Made by a program: the position numbers and the translations under genes. Under the pieces are notes generated by a model, which had not been told where the DNA came from, searched no databases, and worked only from the letters and a program-made list of their open reading frames with translations. DNA of 63,761 nt, filler included, from Octopus bimaculoides (lineage: Eukaryota): assembly GCF_001194135.2 (NCBI RefSeq). It is 3 parts of 3 records of this genome, joined end to end, with 100 filler letters (N's around TTAATTAATTAA, not from the genome) between each part and the next. Parts side by side here need not be neighbours in the genome. Positions count along the whole stretch, not along the records: positions 1 to 27,521 come from NC_069009.1; 2 more parts are not named here. One strand, written 5' to 3'. Below are positions 1 through 10,779 of this stretch, one piece after another (position 1 is the first letter of the stretch; each line of letters opens with the position of its first letter).

Positions 1-55
<55 letters not shown>

Positions 56-70
56 TACATACATATATAT
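1..70. repeat. (AT)n microsatellite. Similar (AT)n/(GT)n/(CA)n tracts flank most N-gaps in the window.
   Basis: Direct dinucleotide tandem repeat. Confidence 0.98.
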
Positions 71-149
71 ATTTGTGTGTGTATACATGAATGCATGAAT
101 ATTTGTATCTATGTAAGTATGACTACATGTATCTACATCTGTGTCCTGG

Positions 150-760
150 GTATTAATTTAAACTGCATCCGATAAGGCGGGCTTTGGTCAAGAGGTCGAA
201 GGTTTTGTGGAATATGGAATCACCTCTTAGCCGCTATTGTCACATGGTCAGCTCTGATGCGGACTGGGAATAAAGTATAGTATAAGGGTCCACATGTTAA
301 CTCGCATATGAGATGACAATCTATCTCAGCGTGGAGATGCAGAAATAACCTTGGTTATTGTCACAGTATGCAGGAAAACCACCAGAAAGGAAAGATCCCT
401 TGTTTGCGGTTGTCACAACATACTTCTAGGAGAGGTGAATTTTGATGTAAAACGTTCTGTTTCAGGCAATTATCTCTCAGCTCACTGCAGTTTGTCGCTG
501 CGTTCTAATCACACAGATTCGAAGTAGTACTCGTGTTGTACAGGTGTCTATCATTATAATCCAATGATGAACATAAATCTCTTTAGGATGAACACATTTT
601 CATTCAATCTAATGTAGGTCCTACGGTAATTAAAATGTGGACCCGCGGAGTCAGTTGCCTACGATCCAAACCACGCAGATCAGCTGAGCAACTAAGTAGT
701 CATCTAAGAAATCACGAATGGAAACCCAGAAATGCCATTGGGAAAATCTTTGAAAATGGA
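150..760 (+). pseudogene. Highly decayed LRR-like coding remnant, homologous to 61415-61780
   Basis: Several colinear DNA patches are shared with 61415-61780 (atgttaac..atgacaa; gcaga..acct..tggtta; gaggtg.att; cgg.a..tt..aatgtg). Frame-hopping peptides include LSLRSNH and GN.LKC. Many stops and frameshifts. Confidence 0.3.
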
Positions 761-1509
761 GCAATAATCATAAATGGATATATCTAAACGTATTTACATA
801 TATGTAGACATGTATGCATGTATATGAATATATATANNNNNNNNNNNNNNNNNNNNNNNNNNNNNNNNNNNNNNNNNNNNNNNNNNNNNNNNNNNNNNNN
901 NNNNNNNNNNNNNNNNNNNNNNNNNNNNNNNNNNNNNNNNNNNNNNNNNNNNNNNNNNNNNNNNNNNNNNNNNNNNNNNNNNNNNNNNNNNNNNNNNNNN
1001 NNNNNNNNNNNNNNNNNNNNNNNNNNNNNNNNNNNNNNNNNNNNNNNNNNNNNNNNNNNNNNNNNNNNNNNNNNNNNNNNNNNNNNNNNNNNNNNNNNNN
1101 NNNNNNNNNNNNNNNNNNNNNNNNNNNNNNNNNNNNNNNNNNNNNNNNNNNNNNNNNNNNNNNNNNNNNNNNNNNNNNNNNNNNNNNNNNNNNNNNNNNN
1201 NNNNNNNNNNNNNNNNNNNNNNNNNNNNNNNNNNNNNNNNNNNNNNNNNNNNNNNNNNNNNNNNNNNNNNNNNNNNNNNNNNNNNNNNNNNNNNNNNNNN
1301 NNNNNNNNNNNNNNNNNNNNNNNNNNNNNNNNNNNNNNNNNNNNNNNNNNNNNNNNNNNNNNNNNNNNNNNNNNNNNNNNNNNNNNNNNNNNNNNNNNNN
1401 NNNNNNNNNNNNNNNNNNNNNNNNNNNNNNNNTATATATATATATATACACTTAGATTTATGTTACCCTAACAATATTCCAGACAGTTTGTGCATGTGTG
1501 GGTGTATGT

Positions 1510-1555
<46 letters not shown>

Positions 1556-1825
1556 CTGCCATTTCCCTAGGGTCTATAACGCAATGGCTAGGTCCTAGAA
1601 CAAGGGAAGATCCAATTTTGCTTGGAATGCATCTAAATCCACCACCCATGTTAGTCTTTCAATCATTTGTTGTACAAATAACTCTTCCATGCCTGTCTTA
1701 CTGTTTGATATATTACACGTAAACTCACATCATATATGTGCTTGTGTGTGTGTGTGTATCATGTATGTACGTATGAGAGCATGTATATATGTATATATAT
1801 ATATATGTGTGTGTGNNNNNNNNNN

Positions 1826-1894
<69 letters not shown>

Positions 1895-1924
1895 ATATAT
1901 ATATATGCAAGTATGTATGCAAGA

Positions 1925-2575
1925 AGTATTCTTTTATTTAAATGTGCGTAACTGTCTACGTCAAGTGGACTGACAACTTTTAATGCTTACAAATATGTCC
2001 CACACCCATCCAGGCATTGAAACTGGTATTTGTTTGCGATATTCAATACACTACATCACACAAACATATACATATGTTTTAACACACGTCTCCTGGATCA
2101 GTGAGGCGCGGAGCGTAGTGTAATGAGAGGGACTCAGAATATCGAGGATAGCAAATGCGCAGCCTTCTAGTTATGATGTAATGTATTATTTGCAGGTCCG
2201 AGAGAGAGGGAGAGAGAGTGACTGAGAGAGAGAGTGACTGAGAGAGAGAGTGACTGAGAGAGAGAGTGACTGAGAGAGAGAGTGACTATGAGAGAGAGAG
2301 TGACTGAGAGAGAGAGTGACTGAGAGAGAGAGTGACTGAGAGAGAGAAAGAGAGTTTTATTCCAATCACTCTCTAGTTCGTGTAACTTTCATAACCTTTT
2401 CCATAACCTACGTTGCTCTTGCTTTTTACAGCAATTGAATGATATTGCTACTTCAGTGTTTGGGAATGACACTCTCCTATTGAAGATGATTTACTAAGAG
2501 GATGAACCAGATACTTTCCCTACCATCATATCTTTAAATGCACTATATAGCTGTCAATTTGGAGGGATGTATATA
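1925..2575 (+). pseudogene. LRR-like pseudogene, tandem copy 1
   Basis: Frameshifted peptides YLNVRNCLRQVD, LTNMSHT..GIETGI, AIE.DIATSVFGNDTLLLKMIY*EDEPDTFPTIISLNALY. Colinear with 3395-4215. Confidence 0.45.
2200..2353. repeat. Minisatellite of about 14-bp unit (GAGAGAGAGTGACT)n derived from a GA microsatellite
   Basis: About 10 direct tandem units. Confidence 0.92.
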
Positions 2576-3256
2576 TCTCTTTTACTCTTTCANNNNNNNN
2601 NNNNNNNNNNNNNNNNNNNNNNNNNNNNNNNNNNNNNNNNNNNNNNNNNNNNNNNNNNNNNNNNNNNNNNNNNNNNNNNNNNNNNNNNNNNNNNNNNNNN
2701 NNNNNNNNNNNNNNNNNNNNNNNNNNNNNNNNNNNNNNNNNNNNNNNNNNNNNNNNNNNNNNNNNNNNNNNNNNNNNNNNNNNNNNNNNNNNNNNNNNNN
2801 NNNNNNNNNNNNNNNNNNNNNNNNNNNNNNNNNNNNNNNNNNNNNNNNNNNNNNNNNNNNNNNNNNNNNNNNNNNNNNNNNNNNNNNNNNNNNNNNNNNN
2901 NNNNNNNNNNNNNNNNNNNNNNNNNNNNNNNNNNNNNNNNNNNNNNNNNNNNNNNNNNNNNNNNNNNNNNNNNNNNNNNNNNNNNNNNNNNNNNNNNNNN
3001 NNNNNNNNNNNNNNNNNNNNNNNNNNNNNNNNNNNNNNNNNNNNNNNNNNNNNNNNNNNNNNNNNNNNNNNNNNNNNNNNNNNNNNNNNNNNNNNNNNNN
3101 NNNNNNNNNNNNNNNNNNNNNNNNNNNNNNNNNNNNNNNNNNNNNNNNNNNNNNNNNNNNNNNNNNNNNNNNNNNNNNNNNNNNNNNNNNNNNNNNNNNN
3201 NNNNNNNNNNNNNNNNNNNNNNNNNNNNNNNNNNNNNNNNNNNNNNNNNNNNNNNN

Positions 3257-3301
<45 letters not shown>

Positions 3302-3394
3302 AGATGCAGTGTGGTAAGTAGTTTGATTACTATATATGAATACATAGTTGAATGTATGTATGCAAACATTTTTCTTTTATATAAATCAAAAGAA

Positions 3395-4445
3395 ACGTAT
3401 TAAAAAGAATTTTATATAACTCAGTTAAGTCAAGTGCAACAAAATTTTCAAAGGCTAATTTCAATACTTACAAATATGTCCCACACCTATCCAGGCATTG
3501 AAACTGGCATTTGAGATTTGCAATTCACTAGATCACACAAACACATATCTATGTGCCCACACACCCACATACACATGTCTCCTGAGTCCCTCTGACCTAG
3601 ACTGTAGTATCATGACAGAGAATATTGGGGAGAAAAGGAGGAATAATATGTCTCCTTTTCTTGGATAACAAATGCATAACATTGTTTTTGTGATGTAATG
3701 TATTCATTACAGGTCCGAGTGGGAGAGAGAGAAAGAGGGACAGACAGGCAGATAGAGAGAGTAGTATAATCAGTCTCTTGTTCGTGGGGCATTTATCCAT
3801 GAATCTAACGGATCACAGAGCTTGGAACCAAAATTTGGACCTCTTCCAAATAAGCAAATTTCAGGAGTAGGGCTAGATATTTCTGCTCTTGTCTCACTAA
3901 GGAGATAGCATCAGCTGCATTTCTTCCTGTCATAAAACCAAACGTCACATCTGCATTAATTATCACTTTCTAAGCAAATGTTATCTAATTATTTTTGTAA
4001 CGTTCCTAACCGGCTCTAACAGTTTAATAAAACTAACATTCGTCCTCTGATACAATATGTTTGCTTATTACAGCAATTGAAAATGATACAGTTACATCAT
4101 TAATTGGGTATGACACTCTTGTATTGAAGTTGATTTACTAACAGGATGACCAGATACCTTCCCTAACATCATATCTTTCAACGCATTATAAAAGGTACGG
4201 CTGTCAATTTGGTTGGATGGCCCCTCTATTGGGTTTACTTGCTATACACTCTTAATTCCCCTGTATTCTTTGCATCCAACAGATTCTCCATGTAGTACCT
4301 CTGTGCTTCTTTGTTTACATTTCATGAATAACAAGAGTACCATTATCATTCCGTACAAAATTTTAACCATTGATGTCTTTCATTTCTCTCCCCCAAAAAT
4401 TTGCAATACTGAATATGCCACACATCTGATGTTCACGTCTTAGAA
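3395..4445 (+). pseudogene. LRR-like pseudogene, tandem copy 2 (longer)
   Basis: Peptides NFQRLISILTNMSH, NRITELGTKI, EIASAAFLP, NSLIKLTFVL.YN, AIENDTVTSLIGYDTLVLK..DLLT..EPDTFPNIISFNAL (24-residue spacing from IENDT to EPDT) and LHFMNNK. Stops and frameshifts throughout. Confidence 0.5.
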
Positions 4446-4633
4446 CATTGGCAAACTTCTTGTTCTAACCTCTGTTTGATATAACTACTGTGTTGTTTCT
4501 CTTTTTGCAGTTAAGTTTTGGTTTTTATGTTCCTAATATGATAATCTCTCCAATCCCGTCTCTTCACCTATACAGCCCGTCTATGGAGCTATCCCACTAC
4601 ACATATAAATATAAATCCACATATTATGTTGTA

Positions 4634-4706
4634 TGTTGGCACTCCGTCGCTTTCGACGTCGAGGGTTACAGTTGATCCGATCAACGGAACAGCCTGCTCG
4701 TGAAAT
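4634..4706 (-). mobile_element. 3' end fragment of tRNA-derived SINE family D, inverted relative to 4989-5365
   Basis: Reverse complement of 5290-5362 (taatttcacgagcaggctgttccgttgatcggatcaactg...gacggagtgcca). Confidence 0.85.
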
Positions 4707-4719
4707 TATAATCCTTTCG

Positions 4720-4815
4720 AACGATAGATTAAGTACCAGTTGCGTCCTTGGGTCGATCTAATCGACTGGCCCCCTCTCCTTAAATTTTGGGCCTTGTGCC
4801 TAGTGTAGAAAAGAA
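4720..4815 (+). mobile_element. 3' part of SINE family C
   Basis: taagtaccagttgcg...gggtcgatctaatcgact matches the body of the copies at 27188 and 54105. Confidence 0.55.
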
Positions 4816-4988
4816 TATTCCTTGATATTGTGCTGTTTCATTAAGTTATTGTTTTATCAAATTGCATCGATTGACCAGACACTCCTCATAGAATAATCCC
4901 ACCGTATATAGGCATGGATGAGTACATACACATGAACCCATACATGTATATATGAGGCTATATTCACATATGCATATTTATGTAGTGG

Positions 4989-5365
4989 AGGCGCAATGGC
5001 CCAGTGGTTAGGGCAGCAGACTCGCGGTCGGAAGATCGCGGTTTCGATTCCCAGACCAGGCGTTGTGTATGTTTATTGAGCGAAAACACCTAAAGCTCCA
5101 CGAGGATCCGGCAGAGGATGGTGGCGAACCCTGCTGTACTCTTCCACCACAACTTTCTCTCACTCCTACTTCCTGTTTCTGCTGTGCCTGTAATTGAAAG
5201 GGTCAGCCTTGTCACACTGTGTCACGTTGAATATCTCCGAGAACTACGTTTAGGGTACACGTGTCTGTGGAGTGCTCAGCCACTTGCACGTTAATTTCAC
5301 GAGCAGGCTGTTCCGTTGATCGGATCAACTGGAACCATCGACGTCGTAAGCGACGGAGTGCCAGT
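4989..5365 (+). mobile_element. Full-length tRNA-derived SINE (family D)
   Basis: Pol III A-box TGGCCCAGTGG and B-box GGTTTCGATTCC in the head, followed by a non-tRNA body. Its 3' end recurs at 4634-4706. Confidence 0.85.
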
Positions 5366-5629
5366 GAATGATATTTAAGTAGGTGTATGTATGTGTCTAT
5401 ATATGTGTATGTTTACATGCGCACATATAAATGTTTGTGTGTATGATTTTATATAAATATGTATATGCAAGGTTTTATATAAATACATATATGTGTCCTT
5501 ATCAATATGCATCATAAAAAGGACATCTTTTGAGGTAGTAGATAATAACTTAATTAGCAACGGAAAAGAATGTTCCAAAATTATATTTCCCACAGGAAGA
5601 CCAAACTGAAGAAAGTTCACAGAGCTATT

Positions 5630-5830
5630 ACGTATATTGGTAACAACCATAATCTAGAAATGTGCTATTACCAACAGACGTAATGGCTCTCAGAACTTTC
5701 TCCAGGCAGATCTCAGTATAGAAAATATCATTTCAGAGCATCCTCCTCCATTTCTAATTAACTTATTATCCGCTACCTCTAATGATGCTCTCTTTCCTGT
5801 GTGTTATTATTGTTTATTGTTTTTGAGAAT
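5630..5830 (-). mobile_element. Old RTE-type LINE fragment
   Basis: Minus-strand GGGCSE...RSAWRKF*EPLRLLV resembles GGGCAES..RIAWAKFRELL.LLV of the RTE copies in this window. Confidence 0.45.
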
Positions 5831-6444
5831 CTACCACAAACAACGTCTGTTTCATCTGTTAATCGCTTTATGATTACACTTCAACACTTGTGTGTCCGTA
5901 CCTTGCACTCAGTACACTATATGAAATATCTACCTACATTTTCCTACATATACAACAGCCCATATTTCAGATGGTATTAGCGCCTTATTTGTTTCCCTCT
6001 TTACTAGAAGTTTGTTCTTTGCTATTTAGGGCATTTTCATATCAAGTTTTACTTCCATACTTACAATGTCTTTATTAATTCCAGTAACCTCACCAAATCT
6101 TATTTTCATTGTGCCCATGTTGATTGTGGCGCCCCTAAGTTTGTGAACTTGATAGGAAGAGGTAGGGAATAGTTTCTAATATATAAACAAGTTCTGTAGA
6201 AACGTTTGCCCGGGAGTAAACAGCACTTTTATATGATCATATATTCAAATATAAATATTAACATTGAACAGAGACATTATTTTCAAAGATAAATTTGAAG
6301 TATTGATAACTAGTAGCTGCCGATACCTTGAACATCTAGCACAGTGATGGTGGTAGCGGAGTCGTCTGGAAGGTGATGCGGAAATTCAGAGGTTGCCTGT
6401 AAGTCTGTGATAGACTAATGACAATGTTACATCGAGTTTGATAC

Positions 6445-6478
<34 letters not shown>

Positions 6479-6479
6479 G

Positions 6480-6660
6480 CCATGATAGATCGCTGACCAC
6501 CACACATATATTTTATATTCTTTTTCTCTCCTTCTTTCTTTCTGTTGAAGAGCGTAGGCTCGAAACTTTAAGAACTTTCTCTATTCCCGAGCGTTATATT
6601 AATACATCCATTTGTTGTTTACACCACCTGTCTTCGTCTGTTGTTTTTCCGTGAATTCTC
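6480..6660 (+). mobile_element. Short dispersed element between (AT)n tracts, carrying a hammerhead-like motif at 6538-6573; homologue at 62090-62215
   Basis: Shared aaaaacaa.agacgaa and ctttctgttg.aga...tag...tcgaaac with the reverse complement of 62090-62215. Confidence 0.6.
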
Positions 6661-6689
6661 CCATATATATATATATGGCATCTAGGTTT

Positions 6690-7540
6690 TTCTGAAGAAG
6701 ATCAGCATCACAAGGTTCCTTGACTACTTTTACTACATTTGTGTTGTCAGCGTAGCTAGTAAGTGTGGCTATCTGTGTAACTGATGAAATGTCTGAAAGC
6801 AGCGGTCATGAACAGCAGCGGTCCACAATACATTTGCCTGGGGGTTCCGTTGGCTGCTACACGCAATCACTCTCCGGTCTTCCCAGTTATTCCGAATCTC
6901 CGTAGTTTGTGACAAATCATCCCATGATGAACCTGATCAAAGGTCTTTCAAAGTCCAGAAATATCACATCCACGTTTGAGCGATTCATTAACTATTTCAA
7001 CACTCACCCATAGTGCTGCAAAAGCTGTGTAAGGTAGCTTCTTCATGAGTGAAAGCCATGCTGGGTATCAAGAAGCAAGTCATTATCTTCAAAGAACGCA
7101 CTTAGTTTCTTCCTGACAATGCATTCTATGACTTTGCTGACATGAGAAATTAGAGTGACAGGTCTATAGCTTTTAGCGTCTGTTCTGTTACCTCCTTTAT
7201 GGATAGTGCATATTATGCCTTCCTTTGACTTTTTGGGAAGTTTTCTACTTGTGAGGAAGCTCTGGAAGAGAATCTGAAGTGGTCTTGCTAGAGCCACTTT
7301 ACACTTCTCTGAGTTTGACAGCAGGACCACAGGCGTAACATCTTCCCTGATGTACGTTACCACTCCACCATGAGTCATTTCTCTCCTATCAATTTGAAAC
7401 ACAACATACCCTGATATGTGTCTCTCAGCCTCTAATATGTCTACGTTCAGACGTGCTTCTGTTAGTGATATGCACATTGCTAGATTACATGTCACTAAGT
7501 CTCTCAGGTACTGTGTCTTGCGTTTTTGGGACATGAATGC
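6690..7540 (-). mobile_element. CR1/L2-like LINE remnant with internal deletion (APE N-terminus fused to RT)
   Basis: ORF 7043-7534: ISLTE..GY.VFQIDR...GGVVTYIR (APE) runs into LARPL..LF..IHKGG.R...YRP.TL.S.VSKV.E.IV...QHGF (RT). DVIFLDF follows near 6950-6975. Confidence 0.88.
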
Positions 7541-8372
7541 ACTTACTTACTTGTGATACTTATGAGAAATAGAGACAGATGTATCAAAAATATATATGAA
7601 TATTTAAATAGGCAAATATATAAATATATTTGTCACATACCTGGGATAAAATCAAATATAGCGATAGATGAAATAAATGAATAAATCCATAAAAAGGGTA
7701 TGGATACGTACAATACACAAAGCGAATCCATACACATACAAGATATTTCACGGACGACCACAACGATGTCAACAACAGTATTAACAACGATAGCAGCAGC
7801 GGCGGCGGCGACAACGGTGGCAATAACAACAACAAATACCAGGATGGTAACACCGTGGGCGAACACACAGAGAAGAATACAGGAACGGTGGCATATTTAT
7901 TGGGTCCTATAAGGACAGCTGTAGCACACTGGGGTGAGAGAATGGGGCTGCTAAAGGGAAGGGCACACTGTTACTAAAGGCTATGACACACACACACACA
8001 CACGCATCCACGCGCGTGCGCACACACACAAAAACAAGGACACAAGCGCATGCGCACATAAAGAAACACACCTTATAAGAGCAGAATGGAGTAAGTGGAG
8101 CAAGAAAATATATGAAAAAGAAAAGTGACGCTGATGAAGTCACAGATGTGTGGCAAAAGATTTCAGGAAAATTGACAAGGGTTAAAATGATGAAATACGA
8201 ACAGCAATAAACGAGTGAAGAAAACATATATAGTGTGTGTGTTTATTTGTCAAAAAAAAAAATTACTTTCCTGAAATATAACAATAATGTTCCCATTCTT
8301 CTATGAAAAAGTTATGTAAGAGCTATAATGAGTTGACAATTATCCACCGTATGCTATTCATTTGATTATATA

Positions 8373-9665
8373 CACAGACGTGCAGGAAGTAAATAGACAC
8401 CTTTATTTTCAAAATCTTTTATTTAATACGCAAAGGGAAAAATTGAAATGTAATCGATAGGTAGGACTACATACTTTAGTATTTAGTTGACATTGCCTTT
8501 GCAGTTTTAAATTCAGAAACTCTTTTTGGCATTGAATAAATGAGCTTTGTGATTGTCTCTTGTGGAATTTCTGTCTACTTTCCACGCAACAATCGAAACA
8601 ATTCATCTTTAGATCTCGGTTTCTGTTGAGTTTTTCGTATAGCTCTATCTAGTATGCTCCAAAGATTTTCAATTGCGCTCATGTTAGGAGATTGGCTTGG
8701 CCAAAGAAGCTTTTTCATCCCATTTTCAGTCAGCCATTGTTGATTCCTTTTCGCTGTGTGGATATGAAGCCCCATCTTCCATGAATAAAAACGCATTTTT
8801 CAGTATGTTGTCATGTGAATACATCGGAAATAGTACTTGCTTAAGTATTTCAATGTATTTTTCAGAGTTTATAATTCCAACACATTCGATCAACTCAGAA
8901 CGACCATTACCGCTGAAAGCTTTCCATACTTTTACAGAGATACCGCCATGTTTCGCAGTTGGGGTGGGGGTGGGGGGGTGTTTTCGTTTCAAATCAAATT
9001 CTTGATTGGGAAGCATCCAGACCCAAACACGTCCCCTGTCTGAAACTAATGCAGATTTCGATTCATCTGAGAAAATCCCTCTATCCCAAAATAAACTGGA
9101 TTTTTCTGACCTCTCCTTAGCGCATTTCTTTCTTTTCATGATACAAATTGGTCAAAGGAGAGGTTATCTTCTAGCTGCTCGTCCTTAATACCCAAGCTTA
9201 TGCAGATATGCAACACAATGTTTCTTGGACTAACTTCTGGCTGTTTTGCAATGTCAGAAACCTTCGAACGGGGTTCGTTTTCCACAATTCTCTTCAAATA
9301 GCGAAGCTTCCTTTTCGAGGGCCCAGGTCGGCCAGGACAAGAATCTGTTGATTCTTTTCCTTGGCTTTTGAATTCCACTATAATTCTATTAACAGTAGCA
9401 AGAGGAATTTGAAGATGTTCGGCAATTTTTAGCTGGCTAAGACCAACCTCAGATTGCCCGACAATTCGACCTCTTTCAAAATCTGACAGTTCTGCTGAAG
9501 TTTTTGTGCGTGGCATCGCTACTCTTTGCAAATGTTTAATATAATGGTACCTGGAATGAAAAAAGAATAATTACATTGTAAATTCTATACCGCTGAAAAC
9601 ATTAAGATGCTTAAATTAGAAATTTTGAAAATCAATCGCGTCTATTTACTTCCTGCATGTCTGTG
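8373..9665 (-). mobile_element. Full-length but frameshifted Tc1-family (DD34E-type) DNA transposon
   Basis: 28-bp TIRs at 8373-8400 and 9638-9665 (26/28 match) with TA on both sides. Transposase in three frames: paired-like HTH from ATG 9516 (MPRTK..ELSDFERGRIVG..GRP), FSDES, and WPSQSPN...IENLW. Confidence 0.95.
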
Positions 9666-9687
9666 TATATATACATGCATGTATGCA

Positions 9688-9738
<51 letters not shown>

Positions 9739-10779
9739 NNNNNNNNNNNNNNNNNNNNNNNNNNNNNNNNNNNNNNNNNNNNNNNNNNNNNNNNNNNNNN
9801 NNNNNNNNNNNNNNNNNNNNNNNNNNNNNNNNNNNNNNNNNNNNNNNNNNNNNNNNNNNNNNNNNNNNNNNNNNNNNNNNNNNNNNNNNNNNNNNNNNNN
9901 NNNNNNNNNNNNNNNNNNNNNNNNNNNNNNNNNNNNNNNNNNNNNNNNNNNNNNNNNNNNNNNNNNNNNNNNNNNNNNNNNNNNNNNNNNNNNNNNNNNN
10001 NNNNNNNNNNNNNNNNNNNNNNNNNNNNNNNNNNNNNNNNNNNNNNNNNNNNNNNNNNNNNNNNNNNNNNNNNNNNNNNNNNNNNNNNNNNNNNNNNNNN
10101 NNNNNNNNNNNNNNNNNNNNNNNNNNNNNNNNNNNNNNNNNNNNNNNNNNNNNNNNNNNNNNNNNNNNNNNNNNNNNNNNNNNNNNNNNNNNNNNNNNNN
10201 NNNNNNNNNNNNNNNNNNNNNNNNNNNNNNNNNNNNNNNNNNNNNNNNNNNNNNNNNNNGCATATGTACATACCTACATATATATGTATACATATATGCA
10301 TATGTACATACCTACATATATATGTATATATACATGCATATATGGGTACACGACCTCAAAAAAAAACGTGAACAAAATGAAAAAGGAGAAAATAAAAACA
10401 AAAACATGGAAAACCAGCTTTTTTTCGGACAACGAAAGAAACAAATAGACAGGCAACATAAAGAACAATCCCTTCATCAGTTGTCCCTTGTTTTATCTAC
10501 TCCATGTTTCGAAGGTAAGGCCAAGACATGACTTCATTAAAAAGTCCTTTCCGCAAAGCAAATTAAATATAATTTGGGATTTTTGCGGCGGTTTAAAGTT
10601 GTAACAAAAACAGGACAGTAAGAACAAAACAGGAAAAACAAACGGTGAGGGCTGTTGAGCCATGACGTGGTGAAGTACAGAACACTGGAGACAGGGACTA
10701 TGGTAAGACACAGGGAAAAGTAGGTTTTATCTCTTGTAGAGCGAGAGGAAAAAAGAATGATAGCCGCTGGTCGCATAGT

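Noticed and set aside
4069-4200. Apparent AG...GT exon and RWD/UBC-like peptide
   Set aside because: All frames are interrupted; LRR-like similarity continues upstream through the supposed acceptor.
4989-5060. tRNA-like heads (also 18735 and 27188)
   Set aside because: A and B boxes are present, but there is no full cloverleaf and they continue into repeated SINE bodies; not tRNA genes.
6781-6810. CTGATGA...GAAAG
   Set aside because: Lies inside the antisense of CR1 RT coding sequence; no stem II or stem I pairing.
7740-7930. AAC/GGC-rich stretch followed by a TATA-like motif
   Set aside because: Low-complexity trinucleotide sequence with no independent promoter evidence.
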